Positions 11,672-23,456 of a DNA stretch of 37,083 nucleotides are shown one piece after another (the stretch's first letter is position 1; every line of letters begins with the position of its first letter). Both the position numbers and the translations under genes were made by a program. The stretch comes from Psammoneis japonica (taxonomy: Eukaryota), in NCBI GenBank assembly GCA_008632985.1, contig QPGO01000371.1, positions 1 to 37,083 of the forward strand, in the 5' to 3' direction. A model generated the notes under the pieces. The model did no database searches. It had not been told where the DNA came from and worked only from the letters and a program-made list of their open reading frames with translations.

Positions 11672-14104
11672 ATGAATCTCTTGGCAAAGTCGAAAAGGCA
11701 TCTCTCCTTTCGTTCGCGGAAGAAGATCAATCGTCACGAAGAAAACGAGATCGAGTCGTCCATGTCGGATGATGCCGCTCCTCATCCAGATTGGACTCCC
11801 ATCACGCCAGAGAGCAATAGTAAGGTAGGGCTAGTACCTTTTCCGGAAGGGCGTGAAGCGCTGCATACGGCTGATACGGTTGACTGGACCATGAAGTCTC
11901 CAGAACCAACAACTCGCTTGCAGTCCTTTAGCACTCCCGTGGACTTGGATGTAACAATCGAATCTTCATCCGGGTCGGGTTCTGACACTGCCAGCCTTGA
12001 GGATTGTAATTCTGAAAAAGCCGTGCTACCGGATGGATCGCTTCGTCCCCGACGAAACGACACTGACAGTATGGTTCCTCAGATGGCTGCCGCTTCCTTG
12101 GATAAGCGCGTTCTTTCTGATTTGGCATCGAGTGCATACGTCGACTGTTCGTTCGAGTCCGTGGAAGAAGAACTCGCAAAACAACAACAAGTATCTCTTC
12201 AGTCATTCGAGTCGGACGGCTGGGCCGTTTTTGAGGACGAACAAAGCTCCTCGGAAGACGAACCTACACAAAAAGAAGTGTCTCATCAGTCCATCGAGTC
12301 GCTACAGTGGGCGTTTTTTGTGGATGAACGAAGCACCCCGTTCAATGTCCCCGAACAGCCCAAGGCGGACTCCGACCAGATCCCCATGCAAGCTGGTGAT
12401 TCGTTAGCGCAGGCTCCGGTGATTCCAGAAGCAGCATCAGAAGAAACTTCTGCCAACAAGAATGGGGTTGTCAAGCCTGTCCAAGCTGATTCTTCGTCGG
12501 CGCCTGCTCCAGTGACTCCAGAAGCGGCATCAGAACAAGTCTTTGTCGAGAAGAATGACGTACTCTCGACTCCACCACCAGATTGCATGGATTGCCCCTC
12601 CGTTCTCGAAGGTCCCGGCTCGTCTTGTGAAGGAGACACCGCCGATGCAGTCTTTACGAGCTTCTCTTCTGAAGGAGGAACAGCTGACGCAGTTGTTGCT
12701 GAGAATGACGACAGTATTGACAGAACGAGGGAAACTCCAAGCGAGCAAACTGAGCAAGAGCAAGAAGAAAGCAGTGAGACCGAGGGTACTGACGACAGCG
12801 TGGTCTACAACGATGAAAGCCACGAGGAGGGTTCCATCGTCACCTCTGTAGCTTCCGCGAACACCGAGGTTATTGATAGGCAGGTTGTCTACGACGATAA
12901 AGAACACAAAAAGGGATCCATCATTACGTGCGTTGCTCCAGTTTCACCAAAGCAAGAACCTCCAACGAAAAAGGAAGCCGTCAAGCCCGAGTCCGAGAAG
13001 CAAGACAAGATGACTCCGGCGATCAAAAAGGAAACGACCACGGCTCCTCCTACTCCGACCAAGACCAAGGAGGAACGTCTGCGGGACATGTACTTCAAGT
13101 ACTTTAGCTTTTCCGCCCAGCCACCGCCACCCAAGAAGGTTCTCATCAATGAAGACATCAAGATCCGTCTCTTTCAGCGCACCGAAGAAGAATGGAAAGT
13201 GTTCAATGCCAAGAACAAGCGCAAATCATTACTCAAGGATGACCAACGGGGGTATTCAGATCCCATTCAAGCCGACGATCCGCCCATCGATGCGCCATCT
13301 TTTTGGGAGGAAAAGACGAAACTGATGGAGGACGGATTTGAAACCTTGTCGAGAAATGTGCAAGATGCGCTTTCGGTCAATAGCGACAATGACGACGCTG
13401 TGAGCGTGGCGGACAGCTTGAATCTTTGTAGGAGCTCCGAATCAGTGGCTAACAATGACCGACGTTTCATGCCCGAGTTTATGGCGTCCTTTGACGAATC
13501 TGCCTTTGACGCGTCGTCCTTTAAGAGCTTGGATGAGTATCGTTTGCGCTGGTTCACTTGCGCCAATCCAGAAGACCAAGCGAATAACGATGAGATCACG
13601 CGGGACATTCCCATGGACACTCCCGTCGGTGGTGAGGTGTACCTCAACCAGAGCATCGATAATTCCGTGTGGGGATCAGTGCTGACGGAAGCGACGACAG
13701 ATACGGGTTTCTCTGCTGGAAGCGTGAACGATGAGAATCAATCCAAGGGTGGTGAGGATAGTGCCAATGCACGACCCCGGCTAACTACTCCGCCTGGTGT
13801 CAGTGCCGAGTTCTTTGAAAGTTTGCAGCAGCCGATTCTTGAAGACTCGGTTTCTGGTTACAACCAAGACACTAATCCTAAGGAATACAATGCTCCGCCG
13901 CCAAAGATTGGGATTCAACGTGGCGAATCAAGGCCTTTTGTCGAGGCTACAAAGCTGGAAAAGGGTCGCAACTCTACCGGAAGCCCCACATCCATTCTTG
14001 ATCTTGAACGTTCTTTTGACAACAATCCTGAATGTTTGTCACCCGACGAGTTCGAAGCTCTACTTCGTGAGAGGAAGGACAAGTTGAACAAGAATGTTAT
14101 TTGA
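11672..14104 (+). CDS. Acidic, largely disordered 810-aa hypothetical protein with paired internal repeats
   Basis: Long uninterrupted ORF rich in S/E/D/P, with several duplicated peptides. No recognisable domain. Confidence 0.8.
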   Translation: MNLLAKSKRHLSFRSRKKINRHEENEIESSMSDDAAPHPDWTPITPESNSKVGLVPFPEGREALHTADTVDWTMKSPEPTTRLQSFSTPVDLDVTIESSSGSGSDTASLEDCNSEKAVLPDGSLRPRRNDTDSMVPQMAAASLDKRVLSDLASSAYVDCSFESVEEELAKQQQVSLQSFESDGWAVFEDEQSSSEDEPTQKEVSHQSIESLQWAFFVDERSTPFNVPEQPKADSDQIPMQAGDSLAQAPVIPEAASEETSANKNGVVKPVQADSSSAPAPVTPEAASEQVFVEKNDVLSTPPPDCMDCPSVLEGPGSSCEGDTADAVFTSFSSEGGTADAVVAENDDSIDRTRETPSEQTEQEQEESSETEGTDDSVVYNDESHEEGSIVTSVASANTEVIDRQVVYDDKEHKKGSIITCVAPVSPKQEPPTKKEAVKPESEKQDKMTPAIKKETTTAPPTPTKTKEERLRDMYFKYFSFSAQPPPPKKVLINEDIKIRLFQRTEEEWKVFNAKNKRKSLLKDDQRGYSDPIQADDPPIDAPSFWEEKTKLMEDGFETLSRNVQDALSVNSDNDDAVSVADSLNLCRSSESVANNDRRFMPEFMASFDESAFDASSFKSLDEYRLRWFTCANPEDQANNDEITRDIPMDTPVGGEVYLNQSIDNSVWGSVLTEATTDTGFSAGSVNDENQSKGGEDSANARPRLTTPPGVSAEFFESLQQPILEDSVSGYNQDTNPKEYNAPPPKIGIQRGESRPFVEATKLEKGRNSTGSPTSILDLERSFDNNPECLSPDEFEALLRERKDKLNKNVI

Positions 14105-14371
14105 GTGTTCCCTGTACTGTAGTTGTAACCGGGTAGAGATTTTTGTTTCTAAAATGCACTAGCTTATTGTCCAAGAGGGTGACGCAATGTCCATAACAGA
14201 GCTTTAGTTTGTCAATCACGGTGCGCCGGTTCCGCCACACTGTTCCTGTTGGATTTCACTCTACGACAAGTTACATAAAGTAGGCCTACCATATTATACA
14301 CTTCATCTACAGTACCGTACAGCATACCTTGCAAGTAGACTATTCGAACAAACAGCGTTTTACTCTTAGGT

Positions 14372-15715
14372 CTAAAGGGTTAATTTGATTGTGGCCATGA
14401 CAGCAAGTACAAGTGTTGCGATCGAAATGCCGAGAGCCGACGATGCGCTTGGCGCTGTCGTGGGCGTGCCAGTGTGTTTTCCTCCATGGTGTCCACCACC
14501 CGTGTGGTTTCCCATTTCTCCCATGGGTTTTTCAATTGCAGTTTGCAGATCCACGCACCTAGGAGACATCTCCATATCGTCCATTCCGTTCCAGAGCTGA
14601 CGCGCGTCATTTGCACAGGCCAAGTCCTGATCTTGAGCCTCACAAGATTCTTGAGTGACGTTGGTCAAGTTGAAGCATTGATGCCAGCAATAGAACTGTG
14701 AGCCAGATTCGCATTCGACATTATTCAAGCTTCGTGCATGCGTAGAAGAGGAGCAACCAAGCCTGATGGATTCTTCATTGTCACTCTCAATCATTTGCTG
14801 GCGCATCTGACCAAAGCTCTCTTGGTGGACCGGGTGAATAGCGTCGCTGGGTGGGAGTACCATTCTACCGTACCAAACACGGGGTTCTTGGTGGGCGGGC
14901 ATGTCGAGAGAATGAGGTGGGATATGAAAGGACTCTTCATTTCTAGCTTGGAGTACGGGGTTCAAGATTTGGTTGATGGCGTCTCCAAGGAGAATGGCTA
15001 CATCGTCTTGCTCTTCAAAGGCAACCATCTCGGCAGATCCGTCGGGAAGTCGGACGTAGAATCCATCGGAAGGCTGGGATTCAATGAGACCTGGAGTAAA
15101 GACCAGAAACAAACCCTGATCAGTATGCCAGTCAATGGTCGTAGCACCTCCGTCCTTGTTGTACCGCGACCCTTGATAAGAGTGAAAGTGCTCGAGATGT
15201 TCGCCCTGCGTGCATACAGAAGGGATATCACGATACTCTTTGCCTTGTTGAACACTCTTCAGAAGAGGCCTAGCATCATGTAGGTTCACGACGTCTTGCA
15301 AGAGGGAAGCAAAGGCGTCCGTTACGGCTTGAACGCGCTTGCGAAAGGCCAGGCTAGCCTCTTCAAATGACTCGCAAGAGACATTCAGGGCATCGAATTG
15401 AAAGCCATGCATTTCATCGCGAAACGAATGGGTAGCAAGACTACGACGTACCGTGCCATCGGAAAAGGTATGTTTCGCTGCAGCAGGATATTCTTCCATA
15501 CATTTGGGGAGCAGCGCAAGTGTCTCGAGCTTGCGAAAGGACGGAATACCCGTGACAGTGAGCATTCCAGAGCCACGAAGAGCGGTGAGGATCGCGTCAT
15601 GGTTGGCCGTACTTGTCACAAGATCCTTGTATGATATCCTGGTCGGTGTGAATGAAGCACTTGCAACCGAGACAAGCCCAAACAGGACGACAACAATGGA
15701 AGTAAAGCGCACCAT
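14372..15715 (-). CDS. Secreted, probably GPI-anchored 2OG-Fe(II) oxygenase-fold (IPNS-like) protein
   Basis: Signal peptide MVRFTSIVVVLFGLVSVASA, HxD motif (WHTDQGLFLVF), distal His (PPHSL), Cys-rich segment, His/Met/Gly tract and a C-terminal hydrophobic tail after SASSA. Confidence 0.7.
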   Translation of the reverse strand: MVRFTSIVVVLFGLVSVASASFTPTRISYKDLVTSTANHDAILTALRGSGMLTVTGIPSFRKLETLALLPKCMEEYPAAAKHTFSDGTVRRSLATHSFRDEMHGFQFDALNVSCESFEEASLAFRKRVQAVTDAFASLLQDVVNLHDARPLLKSVQQGKEYRDIPSVCTQGEHLEHFHSYQGSRYNKDGGATTIDWHTDQGLFLVFTPGLIESQPSDGFYVRLPDGSAEMVAFEEQDDVAILLGDAINQILNPVLQARNEESFHIPPHSLDMPAHQEPRVWYGRMVLPPSDAIHPVHQESFGQMRQQMIESDNEESIRLGCSSSTHARSLNNVECESGSQFYCWHQCFNLTNVTQESCEAQDQDLACANDARQLWNGMDDMEMSPRCVDLQTAIEKPMGEMGNHTGGGHHGGKHTGTPTTAPSASSALGISIATLVLAVMATIKLTL

Positions 15716-16103
15716 TGCGATGGTATGATAGTATCAATAGTAGGGAGATTCAAGGCACCGTTGTCACAACTAACCCTTAGGCTCCCTTACGTTTTTGCGT
15801 CGTCGCTCTGTGCAGGATTGAAGCAAAATCATACTCCTGATCGTTTCGAAAATAGCCTATGTATCCTATAAAGACAGAAAAGTTTGGCCGGAAAAGCTGG
15901 AGACCGCACTCGGAGTATCACAGGTAGAGTAACAGGCTATGAGTCCTTTGTCACCGACCTAAATCCTAAAATCCTAAATCTTCATCATTCCAAATCATCA
16001 TCTTCACTTTTTCGCAATTGCCGCGATGTCGGCCGTGACAAGCGACTGTAAGCTCACTTTTCAATAAAATCTCTTTGGTAATGTGGAAACACCAAGACGA
16101 GAG

Positions 16104-18242
16104 ATGAAGGATCCTGAAGAAGAATCTGATGAAAATGAAATCGAGTTACTCACAAAAGACTTTGAGCCCATGCCGACAGAGACGACAGAGAATCTTTCGC
16201 CCATCACCGGAGACGGGTTGCACTCCACCAACTCTGGTTCCACCTTGTCGGCAACGCCAGCTGTCGACCGATGGGAAGGGTGGCGAACTGGTTGGGGTGC
16301 ACGTGGTAGAATTAAATTTCCACGCTATCACGCGCTTGTAACCGATGGAAATATTCTCAAGTTCAGCATGTGGTCGCTTCAGTTTTCCGTGATTTGTAGT
16401 TCAATCAATACCAAAATGCTGAATCCAAACTATCCTCTCATGGTGTCTGGGATCCACCCCGAATCATTTCCAAACACGGATCCTTTGGGATTCAACTCGG
16501 CGACGTATTTTATTCCAATGATGTCACTCTTGGGTGTAGCCATTAGTTCCCTCTTCATCGGTCGGATCTCGGATCGCGTCGGCCGTAAGAAACCGATTCT
16601 TGTCATGGCCGTGGTGAGCGGATTTGGTTCTATTGTCAAATATCTTGTAAGGAACTCGTTCTGGGGATTCTGTATAGCAAACTTGGTCTTTGGCTTCTTT
16701 CTCGGGAATCTGCCAATAGCACTTGCATACGTGGGAGACGTGTTTACGAGCAAGAAGGAAAAACAAAGTCGTATCGGGACGCTTGTTGGTAATTTTGTTC
16801 TGGGAAACGCCGGAGGGGGGATGATTGCTATTTTAATGCAAAATTCAGGTCTCTTTTCACCGCTGTGGGTGGGGGCAGGACTAATGTTTCTCAGCGCAAT
16901 AGTCACAACGTTTTACCTGATTGAACCAGGAGATGTTCGTCTCGTGCCAGTTGGCAGTGATGCGCTCATTGAGGAGGAAGAGGAAGCAGATATTCGACCG
17001 ACCGAAATCAACAAATCAGTAATGTGGAATGTGGTTGGAGGTGCGCTTTTTGACAATTTCGGGTCGACGGCACTCTTTCCGCTGTGCCTATCGCCTCTTG
17101 CTCTCGAACAGTACTTATTTGACTTGGTCCGAAACAATAAGGAGCCGATAATGTCATATGTTGGATACCAATGGCTCTCCGTCTGTGTTGCGCTTTTGGT
17201 GATTCCGTCAACATTTGTAACACCATTTCTCTTTTCCAAGCTTGGTTGTGGTGGCACCTGTGTCCTTGGAAACATTTGCACGGCTGTTGTGACATTGGCG
17301 CTCCTCTTGATTGGCAACGGGCCTCAAACGACAGCTGCGTTTGCTGGTTTTGTCACGGTGCTGTACACTGGCTTTCCGACCACGGTATGGAGTCAGTTGA
17401 CGACTGGGCCGATGCTAGATGTATTGGCACCCGAAGACAAGATTGGGTATGTTCAGGGTCTGAACAACTCGACAATGAACTTTGGCATGGCGATTGCACC
17501 GTGGCTATACGGCCTCCTTGCCGACGCGACAGCTACAAACACGGCAATTGGAGTTGGTATTGGTATTAGCGTTTTGGCGGCTGTTGTCAATGCACCCCTT
17601 GTTTGCCGCCCAGAAATGGGACCATTAGCAAAAAGGCAGCCGCCCGAGTTGCGAATCCTGCCCGGAGAAGACGAGGAACTGGTGGAAAAGGTACTTCATG
17701 GTGAAATCATTCCAGCCGAACAACTATTCGAGCTCAATCGTAGGCGGGCATTGAAAAAGAAGCCAGCCATTGTTGGCGCGGTCAAACCGTATGACGAGGA
17801 AAAGGATTCCCTCGACGAACTACGTGCTCAGGCGGCGGACAACTTTCGCTTCCGCAAAGAATTACAGAGTCAAGTTCTTTCGGAACTAGCCAACCCCGAG
17901 AGCGAACGAGACGCGTCAGAATTGTGTGAAATGTTAAATGCGACGGTTTCGGGTGACCCTCAAGTTATCAAGGAACACACGGACGCCCTTGGAATTTGGA
18001 TTAGCGATTACCTCATGGACAATGGCTATCACCCACATTTGTCCAGCACAAGCATAAAACAAATGGTGCTTTTGGCTTTTCCCTCCATAACGCGTGACAC
18101 TGAGTATACTCCAGAAAATATTTCTCAAGCCTTGATTAGTCGAGAGCAAATATTCTCCACGTATCTGGAGGGTTACGAGAAGAAGAACTTTCCGTACGGA
18201 CGCATCTTTGGAAATGGTGCCAGGCCTCAATTCTACTCTTGA
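16104..18242 (+). CDS. Major facilitator superfamily transporter with long C-terminal soluble extension
   Basis: MFS motif A GRISDRVGRK, about 12 hydrophobic segments, LAYVGDVF and GYVQGLN. First in-frame ATG is at 16104. Confidence 0.85.
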   Translation: MKDPEEESDENEIELLTKDFEPMPTETTENLSPITGDGLHSTNSGSTLSATPAVDRWEGWRTGWGARGRIKFPRYHALVTDGNILKFSMWSLQFSVICSSINTKMLNPNYPLMVSGIHPESFPNTDPLGFNSATYFIPMMSLLGVAISSLFIGRISDRVGRKKPILVMAVVSGFGSIVKYLVRNSFWGFCIANLVFGFFLGNLPIALAYVGDVFTSKKEKQSRIGTLVGNFVLGNAGGGMIAILMQNSGLFSPLWVGAGLMFLSAIVTTFYLIEPGDVRLVPVGSDALIEEEEEADIRPTEINKSVMWNVVGGALFDNFGSTALFPLCLSPLALEQYLFDLVRNNKEPIMSYVGYQWLSVCVALLVIPSTFVTPFLFSKLGCGGTCVLGNICTAVVTLALLLIGNGPQTTAAFAGFVTVLYTGFPTTVWSQLTTGPMLDVLAPEDKIGYVQGLNNSTMNFGMAIAPWLYGLLADATATNTAIGVGIGISVLAAVVNAPLVCRPEMGPLAKRQPPELRILPGEDEELVEKVLHGEIIPAEQLFELNRRRALKKKPAIVGAVKPYDEEKDSLDELRAQAADNFRFRKELQSQVLSELANPESERDASELCEMLNATVSGDPQVIKEHTDALGIWISDYLMDNGYHPHLSSTSIKQMVLLAFPSITRDTEYTPENISQALISREQIFSTYLEGYEKKNFPYGRIFGNGARPQFYS

Positions 18243-18678
18243 AAAATGACGGCTTTGCATGTCCTCTCGGCGATGATTAATGAATGTATTTCTGACGGGG
18301 GCAACCTATGGTGAAGGAATATCAGACGTCGATGTGTACCTGCAACTTGGACCATGCACGAGAGCTATAATCTGGTTTTTGGTTGTACCGCGAGCGACTG
18401 TTCCGCTTCCGAACTTGAGACTGAAAGAAGTCCTTCTTCTATTCGTTTCGGAATCCAAATGATCAAGTGGTCAGGACCACCATGAGATACTACAGCTAGA
18501 TAGAACGTTTGCAAAATTGTTATTTTAGATAATATTGTGGTCATTATAGTACAACAGCACGGTCTGATGATTAGACCATGCTCATGAGAGAGCAAGAGTA
18601 AAACGGCAAAAAGAGGGGGTCGGTCCTGTCTTGACAAGAATAAACACGACACACACATTTTGGCTTGCCTTTTTTCCT

Positions 18679-20148
18679 CTACAAGTGGCTCATGATGGAC
18701 GACGATTCGTCATCAGTCCTTTTCTTGCCGTAAATTCGAACACGGCTGAGTCCACCGTCGGGATAAATGCTCACACGCACGTGTGTGACGGCACGAGTCG
18801 CATTGGCAACTTGTCCGACACAAGCATCAAAGACGTGTTCTGAATCGGGCGCCATGCGAACTCTTGGAACCAGTGGAAACCACTCCACAAAAGGGGAATC
18901 GTCATCCACCACCTTGGAATCCGTCACACCCCGTTCGGCAAAACATCCCTCCACCAAGACGCTCTCGGGATAGTTGCCACGAAAGTGCTTTGTGTCGAGA
19001 ATGACACGGGCAACACCGTCCATGGCGGGACTGCCCAATTTCAGAATAGCCCAATCGCTGAGCGGGCTGTCAACAAGATTGGTCTTGGGATCCTTTACCA
19101 GAACGGTAGGACGCTCGGGATGTCTCGCCGTCTCCCAACCGCATCCCATGTCTCGACCCAGCGTGGATTGAATCAACTTGGAGGGTTCGCCATAATGCTT
19201 GTTGGAACAACCAATGCCGACACCGCCATTGACTGATGCGGATAGCTCGGGAAACTCGTAGGGAAGTCTCGAGGGAACCATGTCGGTAGAAGAGTGGCTC
19301 ACCACTGTACAAATCTTGCCCGTGGAAATGGGAGAATACATTGGCTTGGTTGTCCTTGAGCTCTCGGGTGCAGGTGTACTCCAGAGTCGCATGCGAGCGA
19401 CACCACCGTCGGGATAATAATTGACACGAACATGAGTCCCCACCATGGCCGTAGGAAGTGTAAAGTAATGCATGCGGGTTTCTTCATAGCCTGGATTGAG
19501 AGAGGTCATGGGCAAGAGTTCCTTCCACTCTTGATTACGACATGCTTGTTCCGCTTGATGAACTTCTTCCGGAGTGTGTCCCGTGCCTTGAATCATGGCG
19601 TTGCGGTGCAAGAGTCGATCCAAAACACCGGGAATCCCCGTCACCATGGCTGCTTCCTTGGAGGACGTCAAATCGGCAATTTCAATCGATAAATGCGGCA
19701 CGTGGTTGCCCGTAAAGTGCGCTGTATCGAGTTCAATCGCACTAATGTTGGCACGCTTGGCGAGTTTAATTAGACACCAGTCATGACCAGCTTCTCGTCG
19801 ACGACGTGTTTCAAATCCGTCCATGACTTTACCCTCGTTGCAATAGGCGTCCGGGTCAAATTGGGGAGCACTGTCTTGGAGTAAATGATCGGCCGATGCA
19901 AACCACTCGTCCGTGGCAAACAAAACTTGAGCGCCGGCATGGGATGAAGCGACATTGTCGAGATGAGCGTACGGAGATGGCGGCGCAACGTTCTTGGCGG
20001 GTGTGCTAGCAGTAGCAGTACTAGAAACGGGCTTGCTGGTTACTGCAGAAACAACAACACGTTCTTGTTGCGGTTCTGCCTTGTTGGGGGTGTTCAGATA
20101 GGCTAGCTGTGAAACAACTTCATTGACAGAGTTTTTTGTAGCGAGCAT
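18679..20148 (-). CDS. ALLC: Allantoicase
   Basis: Two allantoicase repeats: ATDEWFA, MDGFETRRRREAGHDWCLIKL, LDTAHFTGN, YPDGGVARMRLW, and GWETARH, LDTKHFRGNYP, THVRVSIYPDGGLSRVRIYG. Confidence 0.95.
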   Translation of the reverse strand: MLATKNSVNEVVSQLAYLNTPNKAEPQQERVVVSAVTSKPVSSTATASTPAKNVAPPSPYAHLDNVASSHAGAQVLFATDEWFASADHLLQDSAPQFDPDAYCNEGKVMDGFETRRRREAGHDWCLIKLAKRANISAIELDTAHFTGNHVPHLSIEIADLTSSKEAAMVTGIPGVLDRLLHRNAMIQGTGHTPEEVHQAEQACRNQEWKELLPMTSLNPGYEETRMHYFTLPTAMVGTHVRVNYYPDGGVARMRLWSTPAPESSRTTKPMYSPISTGKICTVVSHSSTDMVPSRLPYEFPELSASVNGGVGIGCSNKHYGEPSKLIQSTLGRDMGCGWETARHPERPTVLVKDPKTNLVDSPLSDWAILKLGSPAMDGVARVILDTKHFRGNYPESVLVEGCFAERGVTDSKVVDDDSPFVEWFPLVPRVRMAPDSEHVFDACVGQVANATRAVTHVRVSIYPDGGLSRVRIYGKKRTDDESSSIMSHL

Positions 20149-20777
20149 GTTCTAAGAGTGTATGGTAGAAAGAGATAGAGAGAGTTAAGGAGATTGACAG
20201 TTTACTGTCGTTGCGGCAAATCGGAATTCTTTTTTATGTGTGCGTTTCGTTTCGGTTCTTGCTTCCCAGAGATGAAACGGAGTTTCGATGTTCTTTTTGT
20301 TCTCGTTTCGCTCAAAAAATGAGGGACAATACTGCATTACGGACGTGAGCGAGACGCCTACGTATTGTCTGGTATATTTCTATCGTTGCGTTAATTGAGA
20401 GAGGTGCGTCAGAGGCATGATAGCCAATCAAAACGTCAAGGTGGTGCACGAGCGCCGGCCCAGTCAATAGTGCAACAATGATACCTATATAGAATGAATA
20501 ACTTACATAAATGTCAAATAAAACGTATTCAGGACTAATATTATATTATCTGTTCAGAATTTTACTTCAACATTCGGACAAATTCTACGGCGAAACTCTT
20601 GCGTCATTTTGACGTGGAAAATGTCCAAACGCGCGAACGTCGCGCGACAAAGACTCTTCGAAACTCTGAAAGGTCGCTGTACCGCACTCACGTAGAATTC
20701 TACTTGTGGGGGCGTTCAACAACGGGAGTACGACACACATTGTTCACCAAGACGGGCCGGGAGCAAGCAGCAGCACC

Positions 20778-23164
20778 ATGAACGGGTCCTACGCACCGTT
20801 CGACCTGGATGCCTTTTCCAATGGCTATCAACAGCAGTCGCCTCAGCAGCAACCACAGTATCAGCAGGGAATAGCACAGCCATGTTATGAAACGTATGAT
20901 CCTCAACATCAGCAACAACCCGTGGTCTTTGACAACCGCCTGTACAATTCTACAGGTCACCATACTGTGCTGCAGCCGGCGCCTGTGTTGGGCGAGTATT
21001 CGTTGGAAGCCGACCCGCTTGTTGTGATACAGCAACAACACCGACAGCAACAACAAAATGCAACGACGACGACGACGACGTGGGCAACAGCATCTACTAC
21101 TACTACGATTCCTCCTACAATTGATCCTCATTTAGAAGCGTTTGCTCATTCGTTTGCAGACGATGATGATGTGATTTTGTCCCCAACACCGCTGAGCAGC
21201 ATGTTGCTACAACAACAACCTGTACAAAATCATTCTCGCAAAATATCTCATACCGAAGAATGGCTCGAAAAAATTTCGATTGATGTTTCGGGTGTGTCGT
21301 TAGAACCCATGACGGGCACACAAATAGTCGAACGAGTCAAGACACGAACAAGCGAAGTGCAGAGACGCTATTTGCCCTGTGTGGATTTTCTCGTGTCGTG
21401 TCAGCAAGAATTACGTGCAGGACTGGCGGCTGCCACGCAGCAACGCCGTTATCATCATCGCGGCGGCATGACGCCACGGCAGTTTTATCAGCGGTATTTA
21501 GAACCGCTCGGTGCCAAGTTTTTGCAACATAACCACGGAAAGATGGAGGTGCAGCATTTGAATCAAGCGCTGGCGGAAATCAAACATCTGTGTGGCAATG
21601 CGAAAAAGGCTGAATATCAGGATGTGAGGGCATGAAGAATGCGTTTTTGGGTGGGATGAAGGATGGAGAATCGTGGGGATTGCGCAAGTGGTTATCCAAA
21701 CACGGTGGGGCGCTTTCGATTTGCAACGATTTGGAATGCATTTTGACGGCAGTCCAGAAAATGGATCGTAATGCAGAAAACACTCGCAGGCTCGCCGAGC
21801 GACTGAGACCCATGGCCAAGAGAACGTTTGATTTGTTGAAACGAGACGTGCCGGATTCGTATCAAGAACAGAGTTCGGCTCATCCGTATTTGCCTTTTTT
21901 TCATCGACTCGAGTGTGCCTTGCGGGGTGTTTCTAATTTTGACCCAGAGGATGACGATGTGATTTGTATTGACGATGACGATGAAGTTCATGAAATAAAG
22001 AAAAAAGCGGCTAGCAGCCCAGCCAAGAGGAAAGCGGAAGTAATGAGTCAGGGACAAGCCAAGCGAAGGAAATCAGAGATTGGTGAGAGCAGCGTCGTGA
22101 CGACGACGACAGCAAAAGCTCGTGGTCCCCTTCATACTATCGCCGAGGGCGGAGATGTTTCGGACGATGACAGCGATATCGAAGTTGTTGGAGTCTCGGG
22201 ACCCGGCAGAAAAGGTATCGTCGGTGCGCCAACCCCACCGCCTGCTCCGGCGGCAGCACCGGTAGCGAAGAAGAGGTCCACCCAGCCCCTACGGTGTACA
22301 CGGTGTACCATGCTCAATGCGGCCTCTAGCACAAAGTGTTGCATGTGTGATCAACCCTTTGATAAGAGTGGCAGCTATGAAGTGGAAGAGGACAACCACT
22401 ATGACGATTCGGAAACTTTTAGTGATTTTGCCGAGATTCCGGGTATGGAGGAAACCACTGCAACACTTGCAGAAGAATTTTGGGGCACAGCAGACGGCTT
22501 GGCGACGGGTACTTCTACCGCTATTTCCACATCTACCGAGGATTCGAATTCGTCCATGACGGCGGACGAAATGGTGCTCTTTATTGAGAACTTGGCGTTT
22601 TTGTTTGAAACCAATCAGCAAGGCACGGTAGTTCCCATAAAGTTGGACAGCTCGTGCTTTTGGAACTCGCGAGTCCAATACGCGAGCGCTCTTCGATTGT
22701 TCGCCTCCATTTTGCAAAAGCGCGACGCACAGCAGTTTCTTGATCCGATCGATGAAGTGCTTTTGGTTGCCGCTGGAAAGCCGCTCTATGGGGATTTGAT
22801 TCGACATTCGATTTGTTTCCGAGACATTTGCACGGCCTTGCAGAGAGACGGCAGACTTCCGGCAGAGTCGACGTTGAAGTGGAACATGTGGAAAGGAAAA
22901 GATTTGTTGCAAGCTATTGACTTAGTGTTTGTGAATTCTCTTGCTTACAACGGCAAGGAAAGGACTAAACAACGGTCCCAAACAAACGCCTTGCGGAAAA
23001 GCTTGTGGGATGGTATAAATTCTACAATAACGTCGGTGCTTGGCGACAATCCAGAGCATCGACGACAATGCTTGCCAACAAGACGAGGGGAGTCGAGTGG
23101 TTTTGTCGTTCACAAGCAACAGCAACCGGCGACACCTACTTTTGATTCTTTTTCGCTTGAGTGA
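20778..23164 (+). CDS. Q-rich protein with RanBP2-type zinc finger and C-terminal bromodomain-like region (one gene, 1-nt frameshift at ~21620)
   Basis: Adding one G at 21620-21621 joins the two ORFs as AEYQGCEGMKNAFLGG. Zinc finger CTRCTMLNAASSTKCCMC; bromodomain-like FLDPID...YGDLIRHSICF...IDLVFVNSLAYN. Confidence 0.75.
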
Positions 23165-23456
23165 CCTTCCTTCCTGCCTGCCGGTGAGGGCTTTGAGCAA
23201 TTCTCGTAATTTTGCTTCCGAGTCTTCGTCGTATGCGATTGGGGAGATTAGACTTTGGACGACGCCGATGCCTAGAACTTACTGCAGACCGGAGAACGGA
23301 CGAAATGCCCGCCAGCGCAATGACGATTTTGGTTCTAATGCCTGATTTCTAGCGAGCAAGAGTCGTCACCAGGTCCTAATTCCTACTGCTAGAAACAAAG
23401 TTTCATACACAGCTAGGGATGGATACCCTTTACACCTTGTGGACTACTAGCTAGGT

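Noticed and set aside
1881..23345. Antisense and nested short ORFs within the main genes
   Set aside because: They are shadows of real coding sequence with no motifs of their own.
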